The notes under the pieces are model-generated. The model searched no databases. It was not told the origin of the DNA and saw nothing but the letters and a program-made list of their open reading frames with translations. A DNA stretch of 64,000 bases from Lama glama. Lineage: Eukaryota. Numbering within the stretch: position 1 is the stretch's first letter; each line of letters begins with the position of its first letter. This document shows, one piece after another, positions 53,057 through 64,000 of the stretch. A program made the translations under genes and the position numbers. The stretch spans positions 86,306,001 through 86,370,000 of the forward strand of contig CM052817.1 of the NCBI GenBank assembly GCA_028534125.1, in the 5' to 3' direction.

Positions 53057-55307
53057 CTCATTGAACGTGGCAGAATCTCTTCAGATTGCAGTTCTTTCCT
53101 TGAACAGAGCCAGGCCTACGCATCAGCAGCAATGTCTCAGGGACCTGCAGCTGGCATTGATCTTGGCACCACCTATTCCTGTGTGGGTGATTTTCTAGCA
53201 CGGGAAAGTAGAGATAATTGCCAATGATCAGGGGAATCCAACCACCCCAAGCTGTGTCGCTTTCACCCATATCGAATGATTGATCGTTTGATGCTGCAAA
53301 GAACCAAGTTGCGATGAACCCTACCAGCACAGTTTTTGATGCCAAATGCCTCATTGGACGAAGATTTGATTATGCTGTTGTCCAATCTGATGCGAAGCAT
53401 TGGCCCTTCATGGTGGTGAATAACGCAGGCAGGCCTAAGATCCAAGTAAAATACAAGGGAGAGACAAAAAGCTTGTATCCAGAGGAGGTGTCATCCGTGG
53501 TTTTGACAAAGATGGAGGAAATTGCAGAAGCCTACCTTGGGAAGACTGTTACCAATGCTGATGTCAGAGTACCCACTTATTTCAATGACTCTCAGTGTCA
53601 GGCTACCAAAGATGCTGGAAGTATTGCTGGTCTCAATGCACTTAGAATCATTAATGAGCCAACTGCTGCTGCTGTTGCTAATGGCTTAGACAAAAAGGTT
53701 GGAGCTGAAAGAAATGCGCTGATCTTTGACTTGGGTGGTGGCACTTTTGATGTGCCAATCCTTACTATTGAGGATGGAATCTTTGATGTCAAATCTACTG
53801 CCGGAGATACCCACCTAGGTGGAGAGGACTTTGGCAACCACATGGTCAACCATTTTATTGCAGAGTTCAAGCGGAAGCACAAGAAGGACATCAGCGAGAA
53901 CAAGAGGGCTGTCCGTCGTCGCCTCCGCACTGCTTGTGAGCGTGCTAAGCGCACTCTCTCTTCCAGCACCCAGGTCAGTATTGAGATTGATTCCCTCTCT
54001 GAAGAAATCGACTTCTATACCTCTGTTACCCGTGCCCGATTTGAAGAATTAATTGCTGACCTGTTCTGTGGCACCCTGGACCCTGTGGAGAAAGCTCCTT
54101 GGGATGCAAAACTAGACAAGTCTCAGATCCATGACATTGTCCTGGTGGGAGGCTCAACCCGTATCCCCAAGATTCAGAAACTTCTGCAGGACTTCTTCAA
54201 TGGGAAAGAAGTGAATAAGAGCATTAACCCTGATGAGGCTGTTGCTTATGGTGCAGCTGTCCAGGCAGCCATTTTATCTGGAGACAAATCTGAAAATGTT
54301 CAAGACTTGCTGCTATTGGATGTCACTCCTCTTTCCCTTGGAATCGAAACTGCTGGTGGAGTCATGACCGTCCTCGTCAAGCGCAATACCACCATTCCCA
54401 CTAAGCAGACGCAAACCTTCACCACCTACTCCGACAACCAGCCTGGTGTGCTCATTCAGGTTTGTGACGGTGAGCATGCCATGACCAAGGATAACAACCT
54501 ACTTGGCAAGGTTGAACTCACAGGCATTCCTCCTGCCCCCTGTGGCGTTCCTCAGATTGAAGTCACTTTTGATGTTGGTGCCAATGGAATCCTTGATGTG
54601 TCTGCTGTGGATAAGAGCACAGGGAAAGAGAACAAGATTACCATCACAAACAACAAGGGCCCTTTTAGCAAGGAAGACATAGAGTGCATGGTCCAGGAAG
54701 CTGAGAAGTACAAAGCTGAAAATGAGAAGCAGTGGGACAATGTGTCTTCTAAAAATTCACTTGAATCCTATGCTTTCAACATGAAAGCTACTGTTGAAGA
54801 TGAAAAACTTCAAGGCAAGATCAATGATAAAGACAAACAGAAGACTCTTGATAAGTGTAATGAAATAATCAACTGGCTTGATAAGAACCAGACTGCACAG
54901 AAGGAGGAATTTGAACATCAACAGAAGGAGCTGGAAAAAGTCTGCAACCCAATCATTACCAAGCTGTACCAGAGTGCAGAACGCATGCCAGGGGCTTCCC
55001 TGGCGGCGGAGCTCCTCCATCTGGTGGTGCCTCCTCTGGGCCCACCATTGAAGAGGTTGGTTAAGCCAACCTCATAGGTTTAGCATTGTTCCACATAAAA
55101 CATCGAAGGACCCAAATTTGTAGCAAATTCCATGGCAGTTTTAAAGTTGAGCTGCTATAGTAAATAACTGGGCATTCTTGATACTTAAATATGGAAAATG
55201 TGTGCAGGGAAAGGAAGTAACATTGCACTTTATAAGCACTGTATTGTAAGTGGGAAATGCAATGTCTTAAATAAAACTGTATTTAAAATTGGCACACACA
55301 CAAAAAA
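53057..55307 (+). pseudogene. HSPA8: Full-length processed pseudogene (retrocopy) of HSPA8 / Hsc70
   Basis: Translates to Hsc70 motifs ([62 protein letters not shown]) and HSPA8-type segments ([31 protein letters not shown]). It is intronless. The 5' end CTCATTGAAC...GAGCCAGGCCTAC matches the recalled HSPA8 5'UTR. Native ATG is at 53132, native stop TAA at 55062-55064, AATAAA at 55270-55275, decayed tail ACACACAAAAAA to ~55307. Lesions: +1 insertion ~53190, TAG 53196-53198, TGA 53277-53279, +1 insertion ~53288, frameshifting deletion ~54992. Confidence 0.97.
53314..55077 (+). other. Residual 587-codon ORF inside the HSPA8 retrocopy (Hsc70 Met61 onward, frameshifted C-terminus); coding status unproven
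   Basis: From the ORF track; starts at the Met61-equivalent ATG. About 50 amino-acid differences from recalled human HSPA8 by manual comparison, many of the R->C/H/W CpG-decay type. Confidence 0.85.
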
Positions 55308-55308
55308 G

Positions 55309-55322
55309 GAGTGCATACGTTA
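55309..55322 (+). repeat. Right TSD of the HSPA8 retrocopy (GAGTGCATACGTTA)
   Basis: Follows the decayed poly(A) and matches 53043-53056. Confidence 0.93.
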
Positions 55323-56029
55323 ATTACCAAGAACAGAAAAAAGTGGGAAGGGTAGACATATATTAATTTCTATAATAAAATTACCTAGTAGAATATATTT
55401 TAAAAATGCTTCAAAATGTAAATCAAACCTAAAATATCTAGGGGGCAGAAACAATGTAAACAAAACTAATTACAGAATCAAAAAAAACCCAGATTCTTAG
55501 CAACTTCACTTGGCAAATTAGCCAGGTAGCTTATCCGCCAACTAGCATTGACTCTTATTTATAAAAAGAATAGTATAAAATATATTTGTGAAAATTAAAC
55601 ACAGTATTCATAAAGTATTAGTGTTAAAATATTAGACTACTAATTTTCAAACCATCAGTTTTGAATCATTACCATCTCAATTCCTCTTTGTTGTCTTTAC
55701 CTTGTTCAAATTTTTCAGTCCATGGAACTTTGTTCTATCTCCTGCTCCCTTATTTCTTCCTTTATTTATTGTCTGTGAAATGTGGTCTTTTGGTCCAAGG
55801 CTAATTCCATGAAGATTATTGTGTTTATCCTCTATGCTGTCCTCCTTCAATCCCTACATCAGGAATCATTAATTTTGCAATTACTGAATTTATCTATGAT
55901 TGACTCTCTTACTTGGTGTTCCTTATGTGTCTACTTTTTAGAACTGTACTGTCACACACAAAGAAAATGATAAAAAATGTTCATGGTTTGGAATTTTTTC
56001 ATTGCAAGTGATTTCCAGATTTTACCTTT

Positions 56030-56880
56030 GTGCTAGGAACTTTACTGTTTTTTAAGTCTCATGTTCGAGCCTTTAATACATTTTGGGTTGATTTTTTGTG
56101 TATGGTGTAAGATAGTGGTCCAGTTTCATTCTTTTGTGTGTGACAGCCCAGTTTTTCCAATATGATGTATTGAAGAGACTTTGCTTTCCCCACTGTATGT
56201 TCTTGACTACTTTGTCATAATTGGCCACGTATGCATGGGTTTATTTCCAGGATCTCTGTTCTGTTCTATTAATCTATGTGTCTATTCTTTCATGAATACT
56301 ACACTCTGTTGATTACAGTAGCTTTATTTTAAGTCTTAGAGTCAGGTGGTGTCTGTCCTTTGGCTTTGTTCTCTTTCAATATCATATTGGATATTATGAA
56401 TCTTTTCCCTCTCCAGATAGACTCAATAAGCAGTTTGTTGATATCCACCAAATAATTTGCTGGGTTTTGGTTTAGGGTTGCATTGAGTCTATAGAACAAG
56501 TTGGGAAAACTGACATCCTGACATTGAGTCTTCCTGCCTGTGAACATGGACTACCTCTCCACTTATTTGGTTGTTCCTTATTTTCATTTATCAGAGTTTT
56601 TGTAGTTTCCTTCATAAAGATCTTACACCTATTTTGTTGCATCTACCCGTAAGTGTTTCCTTGAGTGCTAATGTAAATAGTATTATACGTGTATGTTACG
56701 TCTTTTATAGTTGTCACACAGTCCTTGGATAATCCGTTTTGTTTTTTTCATTCTTTGTTATGTTCACTTTTCTGCTTTGGTGGTTTCTGTTGAAATATCC
56801 TCGAGCTCAGAAGATCCTTTCCTCAGCTGTGTCCAGCCTACTGATACGTAAATCAAAGACAGTCTTCATTTGTTACAGTA
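56030..56880 (-). mobile_element. Old L1 fragments (ORF2 C-terminal part, then an ORF1-like part)
   Basis: ORF 56329-56547 (PNLFYRLNAT...KLLIESIWRGKR...KENKAKGQTPPDSKT) aligns to recalled L1 ORF2p (PKVIYRFNAI...KFIWNQKR...KNKAGGITLPDFKL). Confidence 0.85.
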
Positions 56881-56882
56881 TA

Positions 56883-57450
56883 TGAGCCAGTTTTCTGGTA
56901 TGGAATTCATTACCTCAAGGAGAAGATGGGTCCCATAAGTAAAAATGCTGAACTTCAATGGCAAATATAGGCAATAATGATTCACCACCTCCTTTCCTTT
57001 AGAAATGAACACCATTTACTTAGTTAAAGTGAAGAAATTAACTGTCCGAACATGTTGCAAACCTCTCAGTACGAAGTCTGAATTCACATTGTTACCTGGG
57101 GCCTGAAGCATCCTGATGGCTCTGATTTTAGCAGTATACATAAACAAGGTTAAAAAAAAAAAAAAGGATTTCTGAATTTCTAACTCAAGTGTGGCTCACA
57201 GATTTTCCACTGCATCCAGTGATCATAATACCAGTACCAAAATATAAAATATTTACAGCATACTTAGTAGATGTCAGAAGCTACATTTCATCCTTAGGTT
57301 GGGGGATAAACAGTTTCATAATGAGAAGACCAAAGAAAAGACCCTGAAAGTGTCCCACCCTGGCCAAGATAGTAAATAAAATAATACTGCATCCTGGGAA
57401 GGATGATTGAGTTTACCACCACTCCCAGCAACTTAAAAAATTCAGAAGAT
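56883..57450 (+). mobile_element. ERVL/MaLR internal fragment (protease to start-of-RT region), degenerate
   Basis: Colinear similarity to recalled HERVL: GGGTCCC, TCTGAATTCACATTGTTACCTGGGG, CATCCAGTGATCAT, CATACTTAG, AAGATAGTAAATAAAATAATACTGCATCCTGGGAAGGAT. Confidence 0.7.
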
Positions 57451-57528
57451 CCTCAACTGAGAATAGGTTTGATTGAAATGCATCTTTATCACAGCTTCAG
57501 GAATTTTTGTTGAGCTACTCAAGATTTT

Positions 57529-57942
57529 TTTTTAACATTTTTTATTGATTTATAATTATTTTACAATGTTGTGTCAAATTCCAGTGTAGAGCACAATTTT
57601 TCAGTTATACATGAACATATATATATTCATTGTCACATTTTTTTCTCTGTGAGCTACCATAAGATCTTGTATATATTTTCCTGTGCTATACAGTATAATC
57701 TTGTTTATCTGTTCTACAATTTTGAAATCCCAGTCTATCTCTTCCCACCCTCCGCCCCCTTGGCAACCATAAGTTTATATTCTATGTCTGTGAGTCTATT
57801 TCTGTTTTGTATTTATGCTTTGTTTGTTTGTTTGTTTTTTAGATTCCACATATGAGCGATCTCATATGGTATTTTTCTTTCTCTTTCTGGCTTATGCTCC
57901 TGGAGAATGTCATTCTAAGTGAAGTAAGCCAGAAAGAGAAAG
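57529..57942 (-). mobile_element. Young L1 3' end (camelid-type) with 5' inversion
   Basis: Poly-T at ~57525, then well-preserved antisense L1 3'UTR to 57894. 57895-57942 is the adjacent L1 sequence in the opposite orientation. Candidate short TSD GATTTT at 57523 and 57943. Confidence 0.9.
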
Positions 57943-60339
57943 GATTTTCTTAAATGAAATGTATTATTAAAAATGTAAGATACTAGTTTTAAAGAAAACC
58001 TTGTCTCACATGATCCTCAGTGTCAAGGCCAGGTTTGGCTATATTATATGAATAAATTGACTAAACTTTATATTTTACCTGGCATACCACTGGGCAGGTA
58101 TGAGTGGAAATATGAAGTATTATTTCCTTGTTTGTGAAAATTTCATGTAATTTATATGTTGTTCTTTATTAGATCATGTCAACTAGTCCTTGAAGAAATA
58201 AGAAATTGAGATGTTTTCATTGTGACTTTCCAACCTATTTAAGTTCTTTTCAGTGAATTTAAATTGATTTTTAACTCAAGATTTGTTCTCCATTAAATAA
58301 TTTTAAATTTTCTTTATTGGTTTGAATATTTGCAGCATTCTTCCTCTTACACGAATTCCTGTTTTCATTATTATCATGAACGGAAATTCCACTCATGTTC
58401 TCTTCTCATTTTTCCTCAACATAGGAAGCTACCAAATTTGGGCTTAACTAAAATATGTTTGAAACTGTTAAGTTTTTAATCATGTATTTTTTTGTGTGTG
58501 TGGAAAATAACTGATTCCTAGCTAGTTTCTTTGCCTGAGTTGTATCTTCAGGCTGACAGCTACCAGTTATTTCTGTAATCACTTAACTTACGTACATTAT
58601 ATATGCATCTCCTCAAAAATTTTGCTCATTGTCAGTAACCAACTTAAGTGGCAGAATTTGTTACATCAAGAGGAAGTATTTTTCATTAAAATAAGTTCTT
58701 TAACTGTTGAAGGAATTTAGCCTTATTAACAGAGGATGAAGCTTCACCAAATCCATCTGAGTTACCTTCTTACATTGTATAAATTGCTTAATTTATTTTG
58801 TAGAAGTTAAAGTATTTAAAGATGGTTATATTGTGCATATTTGTCATCCTCTTGTTTAAATGGGTGAAATGATTTCATTCCAAATGATGAGGCTTAAAAT
58901 AATAATTTTAAACACAAAAACTTAGTAATAATTTAATGTTTTCTGCCTTAAAATATTGTCAGGTTTCAGAAATATTATAGAACTAAAGATATAATTGCTT
59001 ATCATTTATTATTATTTACTATGTAAAACATCTGTATTTGTTTTAAAATTAAACACACTGTTATTGAAGTCAAATATATGGCTAGATAGAACAACTTAAA
59101 AATATTTCTAAAAAATGAATAAATACTATTTTGACATTGAACTTGTTAATATCAGCTTTCATAAAGTCATAGGTACATAAAAGGGGATATCTTAAAATCT
59201 GGATGGTTTATTTCATTTCTATAGAATGCATAATTCTCCTTGATTAGCGCCTTCCCATCATATTATATATATACGTATATTTTTATATTCTTAGTACAAA
59301 AACCATGTATAGTTGGGTTCTTCAGGAAACAGTTACTAGCACAAATTTAGCAGTGCAGAAAGCTTTTTGCAGGGTAATGCTCATAAAAGTAAAAAGGCAG
59401 GGATGAGAGGCGGGGAAGGAAGAACTAAACAGGGAGAATCATGAGACCGTATTTCAGGTCCGTTAAAGTCTTAAAAGGACAGTGGAGAAAATAGACCAAA
59501 GATTAGTCAGGAAAACGCCCCAAGTTGAGACTAATTGTTTGTATTTATTTTTATTAAACCATCACTAAGTGATTTGGAACTAATTCATTGATTTGTAGTC
59601 TCATCTGTAGGCTCTTTTTTTTTTTTAACTTCACTCTGTCCACAACAGTCATAAGCTGCATCTGAAAACAAATAAGCTAAGAGGTGGAAGAATATTTATC
59701 TATATAACAAGGAGAAATTAGAGAATGTGAGGTTGTCTGAGACCTCCCAGCCAAAGCGTTAGTCTTTCTGCAGAGCAGGACCACTGGGGAACCAAAACTG
59801 CGTTAAGGAAATGGAACGCTGTCTGGTGCTTAAGGCAATCAATCCAAATTATGCCAGGGATGATGATCATGTTACCCCAACAAGAATGCTGAGATTGCAG
59901 AACAGCAAAGGAAGCCATTTTGCCATTTTGTAACACAGGTTCAACATCAGACACTGATCCTACCAGGAGATGGGACAATGCTTTTTCTTTATATCTGACA
60001 GCCCAAGTGACAAGATAACTGTTCCCCAATGTCTGATCTCTGGTCCTGAAAATTCTTCTGCTGCTTGTGTTTTGGAAAAGAAACAAGGAAGACTTCAAAC
60101 TTTGGTAAGATGGCGTAGATGTACTATTCCGTATTCTTCCCACCAAGTACAACTAAAAATTCTAGAGATTACATTTATTTTTTAAAATTATAATGACTTA
60201 AAGGATTTTTCTAAAAATCAGAGATAAAAAGTAGACTAATAGGGGTACATGGGCATTTGGCCAAAGTGAGCTGAAATGGGATGGCAACATTCCTCCTGCT
60301 TCAATGGTGTCAAAGCAAGTAAGCTAAAACAGAAGTTGG

Positions 60340-60862
60340 AAGTAAGAGCCAAACACTCATGAAATGATACAATGTCCAGGTCTGAATCTTCAATCAGTTG
60401 TTACAGCAAGAATCAGGAAGACCTCAAACTGAATGAAAAAAAGGAAAGCACTGGACACAAACACTGAGAAGAAAGAGGCTAGAATTACCTAATGAAGACT
60501 GTAAACCAGCTCTCATAAAAATGCTCTCATGAGCAATTACAGACACAAATGCAAGAAATTTAAATCTTAGCAAAGAAATCGAAAGTCTCAGAAAAATAAA
60601 AGATACAATAATGAAGAACCAAAAGGAAATTTAAAAACTGAAAAATACTATAGGAAAACAAAGAAACTCAGTGGATAGGCTCAGTATCAGATGGAGGGGA
60701 CAGAATAATAAACCAGTGAACTTAGGTATAGGAAAGAGGAAATTGTCCAAGCTAAACAAGAGAAGAAATAGAATGAAAAAGAAAAAAAAAATAAGTAGCA
60801 GAGCTCAATGGACCTGTGAGACCATAAAAAAAAAATCTATCATTTGTGTAATCATAGTCATC
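60340..60862 (+). mobile_element. Old L1 ORF1-region fragment
   Basis: A-rich; CTTAGCAAAGAAATCGAAAG, GAAGAACCAAAAGGAAATTTAAAAACTGAAAAATAC, CTCAGTGGATAGGCTCA, GGACCTGTGAGAC resemble L1M ORF1. Confidence 0.75.
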
Positions 60863-63367
60863 TACAAGTAATAATCATATAATTTATACTAAAATAATCA
60901 TAATTTAGAGTTTTAATTCTTCTACAATCAATGAAATACATGTGTTCTAGGATGCGAGGAAGTTCTTAAAGATTACCTTTGGAAACAAGAATTATGTTAA
61001 AGTATTGTTTATGTATATGGACCTTATACTGCCTTCATTTGCATTCAACAGTTAGTATATTGACTGCATGGAAACTCAGCAGACGATCACATCCTAAATC
61101 AGGAGTTTTGAGTTTATAGAATTTTGATCTAGTTGCCTCTTCCGCCTGTCTAAAATTTAAGTCAGTCACTATCCTGTGTATGTTTATTAGTAAAAACTAT
61201 TACAATCTATAGTACACTGTGGTTTTTAAATTGATGAGCAAAATGAAAGAAAGCACTGCAAAATGGGCACTCTGGAGATTTTATTACCTTCTCTTAAAAA
61301 AGTCAGATTCATTTAAAGAGAAAGAAAGAAAAAGAACAGCATGAATGACTTCCTACTTTCCTCCCCAACTTCAGAAACATAAATTAAAAAGAAAAGAAAG
61401 AAACAGCATGGATTATGAGAGTGATATTATTATATTATAAAGAGTTGCCTTAGTTAAAGTAATAGGGAAAAAACACTTTTAAAAACCAATACAGATTTTT
61501 GTTTTTCACTTTGGATTATTTCGTATAACCAATGGTGAAGTCATAGGAAAGTAGGTGACAATGCTGCATATCACTTATTAAGAAAATCTGTAACGTAACA
61601 ATTGTTACTGGGGATAGTATAATGTGTAACACCATGTTTTATTATATATCCCCTAAGGGGCTTCGATATTATTAATAGTGCTTTGTCTTTCTTAAAGTTG
61701 TTGAAACTAACGTAAGATAAATGCTGATACTTTCAGTTTTCCTTAAAGGTGAAAATATAAATATGTGTCAGTTGATACTACTCTATGCCAAATATTCTGA
61801 TTTGTTAAGCCAGTTTTTAGAGCTGAATCTCTGTATATTTCTTTGCAAAAAGATACCTGGACAAATATGCTCGTGTTAAAAGAAGTGTAGTTACTCATAC
61901 TGATGGTGGTGCGGTTTACTGGCTTGATGAGAAGGCAAGTTCTGTACCCAAGAAATATTTAAATAACAATATTGGCCAACATTTCTATAAATAATAAGAA
62001 AGATTAATGTGACTTTTTGCTTCTGACAGTTTCTCTAAATACTTATTAGTCTGCGCAATACATACTTTATTTCACTGCATGTAAACCATTTGACTTTTAG
62101 TTGACTCTGATTATAATTATTTATATTATAAATCAGATATTTGTGTTTATTTCAATCTAAAGCCATTGTAGAAACAAAGTCAGATTTAATTATTGCATTT
62201 TTATTGATGTTATTTGTATTATAATAATTTACTTTTCTACATAGCAAAACTCCATGAAATTAACTTTTACTGAATATGTACAGCATCCTCTGAATCTGGA
62301 CCACACCAAGAATGCATGAATAGAGAAAATTTTATTATTTCTCAGACCTCGTAATAACTTCACCATGTTTCAAATGCATGTATTAAATTCTACAGACACA
62401 CATGGAAACAAACACACATACATACATATATGTTAAACATTTTCATTAAAAGTTGTAATAATAAATAATAACAATAAATAATACATAAAACATTTTCTTA
62501 ATAGTAATAGGTAATTATTTCATGTTAGGGATAGTTATTACATTTAAAATAGTTATTAAATTCAAAACAAATGCTTTATATTTGAAAGCAGCCAGGATGA
62601 CACCAATTATAACACAAGGACACTATAGGGATGGACAGCTGTTATACACTCCATGTACCAGGTGCAAAAACAATATACTTTTCTGGTTGTAATTAACAAC
62701 TGCAGTAAATCCTCTTTTAATACACTGAAAGTTACACATAAAATATTTCCAACTCAATTTTATTTTTATTACCCTTTTTGTTCTGTTTGAATACCGTCTT
62801 CCTGTTCTATTTGAACATTAATTTGTAGATAGAATGATTCTAAATTTTATGTTAAATCAAAACTTTTTTTTCCAAATATGAAATTAATTAAACCAGAAAA
62901 ATTCAGTGGAAATATTATGTTACTTAGTGATCTAGAATGCCTAATTAACTAATGAATATTTTACAATACTACTCTTAAGGAAAACTTGTTTAAGGAAGAC
63001 AATTTTGTAGGCTGGTGAAATACTTGGCAAAATCCTAATTTCCATATTTATACTTATTGCAGACAAAATATAATATATTTTAATTTTAACAATAGTTCTA
63101 TAAAATAACATGCTATGCAAACTAAAAGATAATCATAAATATGCACAGTTAAGAACTGATTATTTTGCAGGTCCAATTAGTTCTAGTTGATTTGCCCATT
63201 CCTCCCAGTATACCCACATTTTTGAATCTAAGATCGTGCCTGAATGTAAATTTCTTATGAAAAATCTAAGAAATAGTATATAGATACAGATGATCATCAG
63301 TTATGTAACATATAGGTTTTCTAAGCATTAGAATATTTGAATCTTCATTCTCTTTGCCCAACCTAGA

Positions 63368-63778
63368 AAAGTTAGGTTAAGCTAGGCAATGCTGTGGTAG
63401 CAAATAAACCCCAGTATATGTGGGCTTTGTCACAATAAATGATACATTTCTCTCTCATGTTACAATCCAAGCATGTTAGGTGGACAGCCCTCCATTTGAT
63501 GATTCAGAGATTTAGGCTTCTTACACAGGCCTGCCCATCCACTAGGGCTCCATGGTTCTCCATTGGGAACACTGCGTTTAGCCAGAATAAAGCAAGAACA
63601 AGGATTTCACAAGAGATCTTAGACATCTAGTCTGAGACCATCACTTGTACCCAATATTCCTTTAGCCAGAACAGTCTGATGGCCTTATCTTTTAGTAAAG
63701 TTGGGAAATGTAGTATATCTCTGTGTCCATAAACAAAATAATTGGGTCTGGTGAGTTCATAACATTGTCTGAATTACA
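63368..63778 (-). mobile_element. Old ERVL/MaLR LTR (LTR33/MLT1J-like)
   Basis: GCTAGGCAATGCTGTGGTAGCAAATAAACCCC...CATTTCTCTCTCATG...TTTAGCCAGAAC...TTGGGAAATGTAGT. Confidence 0.6.
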
Positions 63779-64000
63779 CTGGAAAATTCACAAACAGACC
63801 TGCCTAACTAACTGTGCCAACTTGGTTGTTAAGTTATTTTATGGAGTGGTTATATTTTGATAGTGTGCTAAAATTGCAAATTCATCACCAGTCTCTACCA
63901 AGTCAACTTGAAATATCCCAGGTGTGCTGCTGTCTCTATGATATCAGCATTTGCCTCTAGTGGTGATAACTAACCTATCTTTATTCTGAGGCAAGTAATA

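Noticed and set aside
53045..53227. 60-aa ORF suggesting an N-terminally extended HSP70
   Set aside because: It starts at a GTG inside the TSD, reads through the 5'UTR and goes out of frame at ~53190; an ORF-caller artefact.
53598..55020. Antisense ORFs of 123, 62 and 87 aa over the retrocopy
   Set aside because: Shadow ORFs opposite HSP70 coding sequence are a well-known codon-pattern effect; no independent support.
53314..55077. A functional intronless HSP70 gene (HSPA1A/HSPA2-like) or bacterial dnaK
   Set aside because: The sequence and UTRs are HSPA8-type, the N-terminus carries stops and frameshifts, EEVD is lost, and TSDs plus a poly(A) remnant show retroposition.
57849..57868. Palindrome CATATGAG-CGAT-CTCATATG
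   Set aside because: It appears intrinsic to this L1 3' sequence (a related motif occurs at ~1552-1572) and is not a separate element.
305..63630. The many 60-110 aa ORFs in the track
   Set aside because: Low-complexity F/L/I/K/Y-rich translations of AT-rich DNA, microsatellites or decayed repeats; no coherent exon chain found.

Overview
AT-rich, repeat-laden mammalian DNA (gene desert or large intron). There is no prokaryotic content: no operons, CRISPR, rRNA or tRNA. A young L1 3' end resembles camelid-type L1, and I saw no Alu, B1, BovB/Bov-tA or carnivore SINEs, which tentatively suggests a camelid-like artiodactyl. The main feature is a full-length processed pseudogene of HSPA8 (Hsc70) at ~53057-55307. 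It has the 5'UTR, no introns, a 3'UTR, a decayed poly(A) and a 14-bp target-site duplication (TSD). Its disabling lesions cluster at the two ends, leaving a 587-codon uninterrupted ORF. The rest is transposable elements of several ages: two relatively young solo LTRs, MLT2/MLT1/LTR16-like LTRs, an ERVL-like internal fragment, a complete MER82-like Tigger element, L1 insertions with TSDs (one nested in an LTR, one with a twin-priming inversion), old L1/L2/MIR fragments and microsatellites. A few non-repeat stretches have enhancer-like motif clusters. Family names come from recalled consensus sequences, not from a database search. I found no convincing evidence of a previously undescribed biological system.
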